The notes under the pieces are model-generated. The model was not told the DNA's origin. It did no database searches and worked only from the letters and a program-made list of their open reading frames with translations. DNA of 64,000 bases from an uncultured Geminicoccaceae bacterium. GTDB taxonomy: Bacteria > Pseudomonadota > Alphaproteobacteria > Geminicoccales > Geminicoccaceae. The position numbers and the translations under genes are program-made. Where the stretch lies: the NCBI GenBank assembly GCA_964460465.1, contig CAYWSB010000001.1:14577-78576 (forward strand), written 5' to 3'. This document shows, one piece after another, positions 11,803 to 21,115 of this stretch. Each line of letters starts with the position of its first letter. Within the stretch, counting starts at the first letter, position 1.

Positions 11803-12770
11803 CCGAGCCGGTCCTTGTACTCGGCGAAGTTGCCGGCGTTGATCAGGATCGCCGGCATGTAGGTGATCTCGGGCAAGGGCGTGCCGTTGGTCACGTTCTC
11901 GTGGAGATGGGCGATGGCCGTGGCGCCATGGGTCGCCGAATCGAACCACATCGTGCCGCTGAACCCGGTCTCACGGCCGCTGCCGAAGGCCTCGCACGAG
12001 CGGGAGCCATCGATGCCCACGCCGATGACGTTGGCCGGGTCCATCCCGGCGTTCTCGGTGGCGCGGACCGAGCCCAGGACCCCGTCGTCGTTGCAGGAGA
12101 AGAACACCCAGCGCTCGGCCAGGAGGTTGGCGGTCAAGGCGGTGCCGACGACGTCGATCGCATTGGCCATGGTGTTGTCATAGGGGATGCGGACGATGTT
12201 CGCTGCCGAGAAGTCGGGGAACGCCTCGAGGAAGGCCTCCTCGGCACCGCGATTGCGGCGCATGCAGGTGTCGGCCTTCTCGTCCTCGACGCTGCCGATG
12301 CGGACCGAAGACCAGTCCGCCTGCCAGCCCTTCGCCTCCGCGATCCGGGCGAGCTCGGTGCCGACCTGGCGGCCGATGGTCAAGGCGTCGATGCCGACAT
12401 AGGGAACGGGGCTGCCGTCCTCGAAGGTGATGTCGTCGTCGACCGCGACCAGCGGGATGCCAGCCTCCGCCGCCTTCGACGCGACCACTGGCCCGAGGGC
12501 GCGATCCGGCACGACGATGGCGATGCCGGCGACCCCGTCGCCGATCATCGTGTCCATGGCGGTGATGGTCAGGTTGGCGTCGAACTGGACGTCCTGGACC
12601 ATGAGCGCCGCCCCCCTGGCCTCGGCCTCGGCCTTGGCCCCGGCGACCTCGGAGACGAACCAGGGATGGTCGCCCATCTTGTTGATGTAGCCGAACTTGA
12701 GGTCCTGGGCCGCGGCCGGTGCCGTCAGCGCCGCGGTGGCGAGCACTGCGAGCGTCGTCTTCTTCAGCAT
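11796..12770 (-). CDS. periplasmic sugar-binding protein (type I PBP)
   Basis: Signal peptide MLKKTTLAVLATAALTAPAAAQ; PBP type I layout similar to arabinose/ribose-binding proteins. Confidence 0.85.
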
Positions 12771-12794
12771 GTCGAGCCTCCCTGCTCGGTTGGT

Positions 12795-13565
12795 TCAGTC
12801 GTGGTAGAGGACGGAGCGCCCGCCATCGATGGTGATGCAGGACGCATTGATGAAGGGGGCCTCGTCGGAGGCGAGGAAGACCGCGGTCATGGCGACCTCT
12901 TCGGGCCTGCCGATCCGCCGGGGCGGGTGCAGCTCCTCGGCCTTCCGCCGCTCGGCCGCGGGGTCGGGGAAGGTGTTCCAGTAGTCGACGGCGATCTGCG
13001 TCTCGATGTAGCCCGGGGCGATGGCGTTCACCCGAACCCCTCTCGGCGCGTACTCGATGCCCAGCGCCCGGGTGAGGCCCAGGAGGCCGTGCTTGGCCAC
13101 GGGGTAGGGGAAGGTGTGCGGGATGATGGCGAAGGCGTGGCAGGAGGCGATGGTGACGATCGACCCTCCGCCCTGCTCGAGCATGGCCGGCAGCACGGCC
13201 CGACAGGAGTGCCAAACGCCGTCCAGGTCGACCTCGAAGCAGCGCCGCCATTCGGACTCGGGCATGGCGAGCGGCTCGTGGAAGACGTTGATCCCGGCAT
13301 TGGCCACCAGGACGTCGATCCGGCCGAAGCTGTCCCGGGTCACCTGGGCGACGCGGTCGAGCTCGGCCTGGTGACGGACGTCGCAGGGCAGGAAGCTGCA
13401 GCCCAGGCGGTCGGCGGTGGCGGTGCCAGTGGCGGGGTCGAGCTCGGCGATCATCACGGTCGCCCCCTCGCGCACGAAGGCCTCGGCCACCGCCTCGCCG
13501 ATGCCGCGGCCGGCACCGGTGACGATGGCGACCTTGCCCGCGAGCCTGCCGGCCACCGCACTCAC
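12795..13565 (-). CDS. short-chain dehydrogenase/reductase
   Basis: TGAGRGIG cofactor motif, NAG, YxxxK (YPVAKHG). GTG start overlaps the dehydratase stop. Confidence 0.85.
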   Translation of the reverse strand: MSAVAGRLAGKVAIVTGAGRGIGEAVAEAFVREGATVMIAELDPATGTATADRLGCSFLPCDVRHQAELDRVAQVTRDSFGRIDVLVANAGINVFHEPLAMPESEWRRCFEVDLDGVWHSCRAVLPAMLEQGGGSIVTIASCHAFAIIPHTFPYPVAKHGLLGLTRALGIEYAPRGVRVNAIAPGYIETQIAVDYWNTFPDPAAERRKAEELHPPRRIGRPEEVAMTAVFLASDEAPFINASCITIDGGRSVLYHD

Positions 13566-14734
13566 CAGTCGACGATGGTGCCGTCGGCGAGGACGGCGTT
13601 GGTGGTATGGAGGACCTCGGGCTGGAACGGATGGCGGGCGGCGACGCGCTCGTCCACCTCGATGCCGAGCCCGGCCACGTCCGGCACCTGCCAGGCGCCG
13701 TCCTTGCGCTCGATTGGCCCCTGGACGACCTCGCCGTACCAGGGCACCGCACCCGTCATCTCCTCCTGGATGACGAAGTTCGGCGTCGCCACGGCGTAGT
13801 GCAGCGCCATCACGCCCGCGATGGGGCCGAGCGGATTGTGCGGGGCGATGCCCATCCGCGCGGTCTCGGCCATGGCGGCGATCTTTCGCCCCTCACCAAG
13901 CCCGCCCACGTGGCAGAGGTCGGGCTGGACGATGTCGATCGCCCGGGCGTGGAAGAGGGGCTCGAACTCGGCCCGGTCGACCAGCCGCTCGCCGGTGGCG
14001 AGCGGCACGGTGGTCTTGGCCTTGAGGGCGGCGAGGGCGGCGGTCTCGCCCGGCGGCAGCGGCTCCTCGACGAAGAGCGGCCGGCCGGGCGCCAGGGCCT
14101 CGATGTAGGCCAAGGCCGCCGAGGCCGAGGCCGGGCGGCCGTGGAAATCGACCATGATCTCGATGCCGTCGCCGACCGCCTCGCGTAGGGCGCGCATCAG
14201 CCGGGCCACGTGGTCGATCTGCGCCGGGCTCGCGGTGTAGCCGGTGTAGGGGATGAAGACGGCCTTCAACGCCTGGTAGCCCGCCTCGACCACCGCTCGG
14301 CCGCGCTCGACCAGCGGGGCCTCCTCGAGGCTCTCGTAGACCGCGGTCATCTCGCCCATGCCGAGATGGGTGTAGACCGGGACGCGGTCGCGGGTCTTGC
14401 CGCCGAGCAGCCGCCAGACGGGCTGGTCCAGCGACTTGCCGAAGATGTCCCAGCAGGCGGCCTCGATGCCTGAGATGGCCGACATGCCGATCACGCCGAG
14501 CCGCCAGAAGCTGTGCTTGGTCAGCACCCGGACCAGCTGCTCGAGGTCGCGGGGATCGCGGCCGACGACCAAGGGCTCGAGGTCTTCGATCGCCCCGACC
14601 ACGGCCCGGGTCTTCCACTCGAGCGTCGCCTCGCCCCAGCCGTAGAGGCCGGGCACGTCCGTCTCGACCCGGACGAACACCCAGTTCCGCATGACCGCAT
14701 TGACGACCAGCGTCCTGACCGCGGTGACCCGCAT
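13562..14734 (-). CDS. enolase-superfamily sugar-acid dehydratase (galactonate dehydratase-like)
   Basis: N-terminus VFVRVETDVPGLYGWGEATLEWKTRAV...ISGIEAACWDIFGK...PVWRLLGG resembles DgoD/ManD-type enzymes; start taken at MRVTAV. Confidence 0.85.
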   Translation of the reverse strand: MRVTAVRTLVVNAVMRNWVFVRVETDVPGLYGWGEATLEWKTRAVVGAIEDLEPLVVGRDPRDLEQLVRVLTKHSFWRLGVIGMSAISGIEAACWDIFGKSLDQPVWRLLGGKTRDRVPVYTHLGMGEMTAVYESLEEAPLVERGRAVVEAGYQALKAVFIPYTGYTASPAQIDHVARLMRALREAVGDGIEIMVDFHGRPASASAALAYIEALAPGRPLFVEEPLPPGETAALAALKAKTTVPLATGERLVDRAEFEPLFHARAIDIVQPDLCHVGGLGEGRKIAAMAETARMGIAPHNPLGPIAGVMALHYAVATPNFVIQEEMTGAVPWYGEVVQGPIERKDGAWQVPDVAGLGIEVDERVAARHPFQPEVLHTTNAVLADGTIVDW

Positions 14735-14782
14735 CGCGCTTCCCCGATCTCCGCGCGCCGGCTGTGCGGACGCGCTATTCTT

Positions 14783-14811
14783 TCGTATGATCAAGCCAGA
14801 GTTTCATACGA
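14783..14811. promoter_or_regulatory. candidate GntR-type operator upstream of the sugar-acid operon
   Basis: TCGTATGA (14783-14790) and TCATACGA (14804-14811) form an inverted repeat. TATGATCAA / TACGATCAA also recur 21 nt apart. Lies about 50-75 nt upstream of dehydratase ATG 14734 in a locally AT-richer stretch. Confidence 0.35.
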
Positions 14812-15290
14812 TCAATAGGAGACTGTCAAGCGCTCGTCTGCGGACCTCCATTGAGAATGCCGACCCGGCCCCTGGCACCTCGGGGCCGGATCGAGACGGA
14901 AGCGACGAAATCGACGAGAGCTGCGGTCAATTGGCCCGGCTCCCGTGGGTGGTCGCAGGTCCGACGACCTGAAGGCTGCAGCGATCGGCGCTGGCGTCGA
15001 GGGTGTCACCACACGCCCCCTTGTCGTCCACGCGACACTGCCATCGGACGCGTGAAGCGAGCGTGAATCGCGCGGGGTTGCCGGCGTGAAAACTGCCACC
15101 GGCGTGGCACGGTCGATTCGATCCTGTCACCTGCCGAACGAACCGAGTACCACAGCAGCACCCCCGCCTCGGTGCGTCGCCTCGATCGGGAGACGTCCGC
15201 CCAGGCTGCGTCGATCGATCGTGGATCGCCAGGCTGCGTCAGCGCGGGAACGACGGCCCGGAAGAGGTGGCGTCGTGGGCCGCGGTCTCG

Positions 15291-16574
15291 TCAGCCTGCC
15301 GGCTCGGGTGCCGCCGCAAAGGAGGCACCGGCCATCGCCGGGACGTCGGCAGCATCGTCGGCCAGCCGGCCGGCGCCCTCGCGCCTTTCGCCGCCACAGC
15401 GCAAGTCCGCTGCGCCGGCCATCGCCTCGCCCTCGTGCCGCAAGGCCGCAAGCTCCAGTCGGGCCGCGATCAGGGTCGCGAGGCTGTCCAGAGCGTCGGC
15501 CTTGCAGGGCGTCTCGATGCGGAAATGCTCGGCCCAGAGCAACCGGCGATCACGCCTGCCGTACAGCCGCACGGTCAGGCGCAGCGCCTGGTCGAGGCGC
15601 GCCACCGACCCGTCCACGATGTAGGCGACGGCTCCGGGCGGTGGCACCGTCGTGTCGATCACAGCGAGTCCCGTGGAGCCCGCGAGGGCGGCGCCGATCG
15701 CCTCGGCGACGATCTCGGCATGGAGGGCGTCGGCGGCCGCTTCGCTGAGGACGCGGAAAGCAGCGAGGCCGACGCGGAGCGGCGCCGGCCGCGGCAGCGA
15801 CCGGTCCGCGACAAGCGCGCCGGCGAGGATCGCGACGCCGGCCATCGTGGCCCGCGCGGGCGGCCGGGCGATGGCGGCGCGGAGCGCCAGGGTGGGCGCG
15901 CTCGGCGCGACGCCGAGCTCCCTCGCCAGAATGTCGCGGCAGAGCTCGAACTGGCGCAGCGCGAGCGAAGCGTTGCCGCGGGCGGCGTGGCCCTGCATCA
16001 GGATACGATGGGCCGCCTCGAGCGTCGGCTCGAAGCCCAGCAGCCGGGTCGCCAGCTTTATCGACGCCGCCGGGTCGTCGGCCGCCAGGCGGGCGCGGGC
16101 CACGGCCTCGAGCCGGTGGTGCAGCTGGTCGCGCCAGCGCAGCCGTTCCGCGGCCAGCCACTCGTCGAAGAGCGGATCGGCGATCTCGATGTCGCGGAGC
16201 AGGCAGTCGTCGTCGAAGGCCCCGAGGGCCACCGCGTCCGCCCGGTCGAGGACGAGAGCGTCGACGACGAGCCGGTCGCGGTCGAGCACGAGCTTGTGGT
16301 CGTCCGTCCGGAGCAGGCCGGATCCGGCCGCGTCGAGCGTCCGGCGCAGCTCGCGCAGGCACTGCCGGAGGTTGGCCTTGGCGTCGTGGCTGCTGCTCCA
16401 CAGCCGGGTGGCCGCCGCGACCCGGGCGAGCCGGCCGCCCCGGGCCAGCGCCAGGAGCGCCAGAAGCCCCAGCACCTTCTGGCCCCGGGGCGTGACGTCG
16501 TCGCCACCGGCGGCGACCAGGCGCACCGGTCCGAAGAGCTGCAGGCGGGGGCGTCCGGAGTGCTGTACGATCAT
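15291..16574 (-). CDS. SARP/BTAD-type transcriptional regulator with a C-terminal TolB-N-like domain
   Basis: N-terminal wHTH (LQLFGPVRLV..., KVLGLLALLAL), BTAD-like helical region (LHHRLEAVARARL..., HRILMQGHAARGN...ALRQFELCRDILARELGVAPS). C-terminus pattern VGLAAFRVLS...YIVDGSVARLDQALRLTVRLY. Confidence 0.75.
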   Translation of the reverse strand: MIVQHSGRPRLQLFGPVRLVAAGGDDVTPRGQKVLGLLALLALARGGRLARVAAATRLWSSSHDAKANLRQCLRELRRTLDAAGSGLLRTDDHKLVLDRDRLVVDALVLDRADAVALGAFDDDCLLRDIEIADPLFDEWLAAERLRWRDQLHHRLEAVARARLAADDPAASIKLATRLLGFEPTLEAAHRILMQGHAARGNASLALRQFELCRDILARELGVAPSAPTLALRAAIARPPARATMAGVAILAGALVADRSLPRPAPLRVGLAAFRVLSEAAADALHAEIVAEAIGAALAGSTGLAVIDTTVPPPGAVAYIVDGSVARLDQALRLTVRLYGRRDRRLLWAEHFRIETPCKADALDSLATLIAARLELAALRHEGEAMAGAADLRCGGERREGAGRLADDAADVPAMAGASFAAAPEPAG

Positions 16575-17146
16575 TGACTCGGCCACTTTCGCCTGATGAG
16601 GCGTCGCGCGGCACCATTCCTGGCGCCCGCCGACACGACGCCAGTCCAGCGCATCAGCCGGTGGCCGACTATGAACTGGATTACAGAAGGCGCCCAGGCG
16701 GACCATGTGAAGCGCCTGACCGGCTCCGGTGGACCACTCCGAAAGCATCGTATCGGGCATTTGACAGGGCGCGGCGGCATCGTGACCGAGCCCCGAACTT
16801 CGCACCCGCTTCAAGATTTTTTTAGGTGTTTCAATAGGTTGTCCGCGACAACTGCCTGCCCGCAAGCCGACGAAGCCGCAAGAATGGCCGTGCACCGGGC
16901 TCTTGGGCTCATTCAGGGGTGGAAACTGCCCGTCTTGGATGACGCTGGCGTCGACAGCGCCGCTGGCGGCCTCGGCGATGAGCTCCAGGACAGCTATGGC
17001 GCCCGAGCCGATCGTCGTCGTCGCTCGAATGGCCGGGCGGCGGCGACCGCTGTCGGCGTCGATATGCGCAAAGCGGTGTGAGGCCTGTCGCTCCAACTCT
17101 CTGCGTGAGGTCGGAGGGCTCCGTCGCCAGGGTATGCCCCCAGCCC

Positions 17147-17194
17147 GAAGTGACGATGGGCGGCGTGGGGCAGCCAGCCGCCCATCGTCACTTC
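17147..17194. terminator. perfect 18-bp-stem hairpin 35 nt downstream of the hemN stop
   Basis: GAAGTGACGATGGGCGGC (17147-17164), 12-nt loop, GCCGCCCATCGTCACTTC (17177-17194). A U-rich tail (CUUGUCUUUCC) exists only on the + strand side. Confidence 0.4.
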
Positions 17195-17228
17195 AGGCCT
17201 TGTCTTTCCGCCCGATTTCCCGCCTCCA

Positions 17229-18593
17229 CTAGACGGCAGCCGAGTGCCTGGCCTTTCCGGTTTGGAAGTAGGTGTCGAAGGCACTGGCGACGAGGCGGGT
17301 AAGCGCGCGGGCCTCGGGGGCGAGGGTGATGCGGCCGCCGTCACGGTGGAGCACACCGTCGGCCTCGAGGGTGGTCAGCGCCAGGAGTTCGGCCTCGGCC
17401 CAGTCGGCGGCGACGGCGAAGCGCTCGGCCACGGCCTCGGTGTCGACCGAGCCGTCGCACATGATGCGCTCGATGACGTGGGCGCGCAGGCGGTCGTCGG
17501 CCCCGAGTGCGATGCCCTTGGCCACGGGCAGCGTGCCGCCGCGCACGGCGCGGGCCCAGGCACCGGTCTCCACGATGTTCTGGATGTAGCCCTGGCTGGT
17601 GCGGCCGATCGAGGTGGCGCCGAGGCCGATCAGTGTCTCCTGGGCGTCGGTCGTGTAGCCCTGGAAGTTGCGGTGGAGCGTGCCGCTGCGGGCGGCCTCG
17701 GCGAGCGGGTCGTCGGGGAGCGCGAAATGGTCGAGGCCGATCAGCTCGTAGCCTTCCGCCTCGAGGGCGGCGGCAGCGGACTGGGCCTGCCTCGCGCGCT
17801 CGGCGGCGTCGGGCAGGGCCTCCTCCTGGATCATGCGCTGGTTCTTGGCCATCCAGGGGACGTGGGCGTAGCCGAAGAGGGCGAGGCGATCCGGGCGCAT
17901 GGCGGCGGCGCGCGCGATGGTGGTCAGCAGCTTCCCGGTGGTCTGGTGCGGCAGGCCGTAGATCAGGTCGAAGTTGATCCGGCTGATGCCGGCGGCGCGC
18001 AGTGCGGTGACCGTGCGCTCGACCATCTCGGGCGGCTGGATGCGGTTGATGGCCTGCTGCACCTCGGGGTCGAACTCCTGGACGCCGAAGCTCGCGCGGT
18101 TGAAGCCGAGCTCGCCCAGCCGCTCGATCATGGCATCGGTGAGCGTGCGCGGGTCGCTCTCGATGGCGAGCTCGGCCGAGGGCAGGACGGCGAACTGCGT
18201 ATCGACCGCCCGCATGACCCGGGTGAGATCGTCGGGCGAGAGGGCGGTGGGCGTGCCGCCGCCCCAGTGGAGGTGGGCCACCTGCATCCGGGCGGGGAGG
18301 CTTGCTGCGACGAGCTCGATCTCGCGGATCAGATCGTCGACATAGACCCTGACCGGGTCGTAGCGGGCGGCGAGCTTCATGTTGCAGCCGCAGTACCAGC
18401 ACATCTGCTTGCAGAAGGGGACGTGAAGGTAGAGCGAGACGGGGGCGGCCGGATCTACCGCGGCCAGCCAGCCGGCATAGGTGGAAGGGTCGAAGTCGCT
18501 CTTGAAGTGCGGTGCCGTGGGGTAGCTGGTATAGCGCGGCACCGCGCGGGCGGCGTATTTCTGGATGATCGTTTGCATCGCGGCCTGCCTCAT
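17229..18593 (-). CDS. hemN: oxygen-independent coproporphyrinogen III oxidase (radical SAM)
   Basis: [30 protein letters not shown] (CxxxCxxC). ATG 18593 overlaps the bchE stop as ATGA. Confidence 0.9.
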   Translation of the reverse strand: MRQAAMQTIIQKYAARAVPRYTSYPTAPHFKSDFDPSTYAGWLAAVDPAAPVSLYLHVPFCKQMCWYCGCNMKLAARYDPVRVYVDDLIREIELVAASLPARMQVAHLHWGGGTPTALSPDDLTRVMRAVDTQFAVLPSAELAIESDPRTLTDAMIERLGELGFNRASFGVQEFDPEVQQAINRIQPPEMVERTVTALRAAGISRINFDLIYGLPHQTTGKLLTTIARAAAMRPDRLALFGYAHVPWMAKNQRMIQEEALPDAAERARQAQSAAAALEAEGYELIGLDHFALPDDPLAEAARSGTLHRNFQGYTTDAQETLIGLGATSIGRTSQGYIQNIVETGAWARAVRGGTLPVAKGIALGADDRLRAHVIERIMCDGSVDTEAVAERFAVAADWAEAELLALTTLEADGVLHRDGGRITLAPEARALTRLVASAFDTYFQTGKARHSAAV

Positions 18594-20260
18594 TCGGCGG
18601 GGACCCGGTCGCGCTCGGCCCGGCGGGCATGGACGATGGGCGCCGTCTCGGCCATCTGCGCCTCGCTCATCTGCTCGGTTCCACCGCCGCAGGCCTTGGC
18701 GGCGGCGGCGGCAGCCTTGCGCTCCTTCATCTTGCGCGCCTTGTCGGCCTTGACCTCCCAGTCGGCGAGCTGGGCGGGGGCGATCTTCCGCTCGTGGTCG
18801 AAGTGGAAGTCGACCTTGCCCTTGGACTGCGGCCCCCAGTAGTTGACCTTGCCGAGGTCGTAGAAGGTCCGCTGCACGCCGGCCTTGAGGAACGCCTTGA
18901 GGCAGCCGAGCAGGTACTTCCGCCGGAAGCCGGTACCCTGCCAGGGGTAGGAGAAGAGCGCCTTCTTCATGTAGAAGCGGCGGTAGTTGTGCATCACCCG
19001 GTCGAGGAGTTCGGCGCGGTCCATGGCCTCGGGCTTGATGATGGGCGTGACGAAATTGTACTTCTCGAAGTCGAACACCTCGACCTTGTCGCCGAGCTCC
19101 TGGAACAGGTCGGAGAACGGCCAGGGCGTGTACATCGCCCAGTTGGCAAGATCGGGCCCCCAGTCGACCGCCATCCGGTAGGTCTCCTCGAGCGTCTCGG
19201 CTGTCTCGTTCTCGAGCCCGACGATGAACTGGGCCTCGGTGAAGATGCCGGCATCGCGCAGGAGCTTGATCGCCTTCTTGTTCTGCTCGATCGTCGTTTC
19301 CTTGTTGAAGCGGTCGAGCTTGAGTTGCGCTGCCGCCTCGGTGCCGAGTGAGATGTGGACGAGTCCGGCCTTGTGGTAGAAGGGCAGGAGCTCCTCGTCC
19401 CTGAGGATGTCGGTGACCCGCGTGTTGATGCCCCACTTGATCTTGTCGGGCAGGCCGCGAGCGATCAGCTCCTCGCAGAACTCGATGAATTTCTTGCGGT
19501 TGATGGTCGGCTCCTCGTCGGCGAGGATGAAGAAGCCGACCTGATGGTCGTTGACCAGCTTCTCGATCTCGTCGACGACCTTCCTGGGGTCACGCACCCG
19601 ATAGTCGCGCCAGAACTTCCATTGCGAGCAGAACGAGCAGGTGAAGGGGCAGCCGCGGGCCATGTTGGGGATGGCGACACGCACGCCCAGGGGGATGTAG
19701 TTGTACTTCTCCCACTCGAGGATGCTCCAGTCGGGCTCGATACCGTCGAGGTCGCGGACGGTGGGGGCGGCCGGGGTGGCGACGATCTGCTCGCCGTTCC
19801 GGAAGGCGAGGCCCTTGACCTTCTCGCGGTCGGCGGGCCAGCGGCCCTCGGCGATGGTGGCGATCAGGTCGTTGAAGATCTCCTCGCCCTCGCCCCTGAC
19901 GATGACGTCGATCGCGTGGGCCTCGGAGAGGATCTGCTGGTACATGAAGGTGGCATGCACGCCGCCCAGCACCGTGACGATCTGCGGGTTCACCTCCTTG
20001 GCGATCTCGAGGACCCGCTCGGCCTTGTAGATCGAAGGCGTGATCGCCGTGCAGCCGACGACGTCAGGGGCGGCGGCGCGGATGCGCTCGCGCAGGTCGT
20101 CGTCCTGGATGTGGTTGGTCATGGCATCGATGAAGGTGACGTCCGTGAACCCCGCCTTCTTGAGCGAGCCGGTCAGATAGGCGACCCAGGCCGGCGGCCA
20201 GTTGCCGGCGATCTCGGCACCGCCGGAGTGATAGTTCGGGTGGACGAGCACGATGCGCAT
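18590..20260 (-). CDS. bchE: anaerobic Mg-protoporphyrin IX monomethyl ester oxidative cyclase (B12-binding radical SAM)
   Basis: [29 protein letters not shown]..., [48 protein letters not shown] closely match BchE as I recall it. GGGAGAGG RBS before ATG 20260. Confidence 0.9.
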   Translation of the reverse strand: MRIVLVHPNYHSGGAEIAGNWPPAWVAYLTGSLKKAGFTDVTFIDAMTNHIQDDDLRERIRAAAPDVVGCTAITPSIYKAERVLEIAKEVNPQIVTVLGGVHATFMYQQILSEAHAIDVIVRGEGEEIFNDLIATIAEGRWPADREKVKGLAFRNGEQIVATPAAPTVRDLDGIEPDWSILEWEKYNYIPLGVRVAIPNMARGCPFTCSFCSQWKFWRDYRVRDPRKVVDEIEKLVNDHQVGFFILADEEPTINRKKFIEFCEELIARGLPDKIKWGINTRVTDILRDEELLPFYHKAGLVHISLGTEAAAQLKLDRFNKETTIEQNKKAIKLLRDAGIFTEAQFIVGLENETAETLEETYRMAVDWGPDLANWAMYTPWPFSDLFQELGDKVEVFDFEKYNFVTPIIKPEAMDRAELLDRVMHNYRRFYMKKALFSYPWQGTGFRRKYLLGCLKAFLKAGVQRTFYDLGKVNYWGPQSKGKVDFHFDHERKIAPAQLADWEVKADKARKMKERKAAAAAAKACGGGTEQMSEAQMAETAPIVHARRAERDRVPAE

Positions 20261-20335
20261 GGACCTCTCCCTGGCCGGTTCGCCGACGTCTCGGGTCCCT
20301 GGCCGAGGCGTTGTCGTTCCGGGTATCAGCGAAAG

Positions 20336-20353
20336 TGTCAACCTTCCTTGACA
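20336..20353. promoter_or_regulatory. PpsR/CrtJ-like palindrome TGTC-N10-GACA overlapping the FNR box
   Basis: TGTCAACCTTCCTTGACA is a 6+6 palindrome (TGTCAA/TTGACA) and fits TGT-N12-ACA. Confidence 0.4.
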
Positions 20354-20361
20354 TAGATCAA
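20348..20361. promoter_or_regulatory. FNR/FnrL-type box upstream of bchE-hemN
   Basis: TTGACATAGATCAA matches TTGAT-N4-ATCAA at 9 of 10 positions; centre about 94 nt upstream of bchE ATG. Confidence 0.6.
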
Positions 20362-20669
20362 TTCCACCGGCTGCGGCGTCGATCAGTGCCCAGCGGTGCA
20401 GCCCTCGAGCAGGGCGGCGCAGGCCTTGATCGAGCCGAAGCCCCAGCCGGCGCGGTTGGTCGTGGTCACGCGGCGGACCTGCCCGCCCGCGACCAGCGCA
20501 TCTGCGAGGCAGGCGTGGTCGTGTGCGCCGGCCGGCAGGCCCGGATCGGCCGCGGATGGTCCATGGTTTGGGCCGATGAGAAGTGCCAGACCTCGCCGGT
20601 GCCGTCCGCCGGCAGGTGCGCCAGGGACTCGCCGATGCAAGGGAGCGCGGCGGCTGAGCGGGCGCTTGA

Positions 20670-20873
20670 TCAGGGCCTCCGGATGCGGCCAATTAGGCGC
20701 AGGCCGGGCCGGGCGCTGGCGACCAGCACGGCGAGGTTGACCGCACCGGCCAGCAGCGCGACGGCCTGCACGGTGTAGAAGGCGAGGTCGAGCTCGCCAG
20801 CCTGGGCCTTCATCGCGAGGAACAGGGCGGCCGGGACCGAGACCAGGATACCGTTGGCCGCGATCAGCCGCAT
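20670..20873 (-). CDS. small two-TM membrane protein (67 aa), function unknown
   Basis: [53 protein letters not shown]... has near-uniform G/C third positions. The longer track ORF (to 21107) loses this bias and is antisense to a MarR-like remnant. Confidence 0.35.
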   Translation of the reverse strand: MRLIAANGILVSVPAALFLAMKAQAGELDLAFYTVQAVALLAGAVNLAVLVASARPGLRLIGRIRRP

Positions 20874-20909
20874 GCGGCGGGCCTTGAGCCCCGCCGGCGA
20901 GCCGTCGCA

Positions 20910-21075
20910 GGCTACGCGACCAATCACCTGACGCGGGTCTTCGGCCAAGCCCTGCACGAGCGCTTCCGGCTGCTGGGGCTGGCGCCGGCGCAGTTCATGA
21001 CCCTGCAGCAGCATCGCGGCGGCTGAGCCGCCCGGTGCGGCGACACGGCGCAGCTCGCCTTCCGGGATGAACGTT
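20910..21075 (+). pseudogene. MarR-family regulator remnant (N-terminal part only)
   Basis: Frame reads GYATNHLTRVFGQALHERFRLLGLAPAQFMTLQQHRGG*AARCGDTAQLAFRDERY, MarR-like up to the start of the wHTH. No start codon, in-frame TGA at 21024, homology ends near 21075. G/C-rich third positions on this strand. Confidence 0.3.
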
Positions 21076-21115
21076 ACATTATTTCTTCTTCCAGGCTCCC
21101 CAGCCATGCCGGTCG

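Noticed and set aside
14927-15130. 67-aa Cys-containing small ORF (and 14812..15099, 14851..15066) next to a SARP regulator, considered as a possible RiPP precursor
   Set aside because: Third-position G/C content is clearly below that of real genes here, there is no RBS, and no modifying enzyme or transporter genes are adjacent.
16575-17096. 174-codon N-terminal extension of the SARP ORF (track ORF 15291..17096) and the + strand ORF 16596..17081
   Set aside because: The extension crosses the AT-rich T7/palindrome patch and has mixed third-position composition. SARP homology starts at MIVQHSGRPRLQLFG. A short stretch (TTTIGSGAIAVLELIAEAASGAVDASVIQDGQF) looks coding-like but is too short to call.
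20336-20353. Calling the TGT-N12-ACA palindrome a confirmed PpsR site
   Set aside because: PpsR/CrtJ sites usually occur in pairs, and I found no second copy nearby. It is kept only as a low-confidence candidate.
20383-20640. 85-aa minus-strand ORF between the bchE promoter and the small membrane ORF
   Set aside because: Only its C-terminal half looks protein-like, and the upstream half is better in another frame. It is treated as part of the decay zone rather than as an intact gene.
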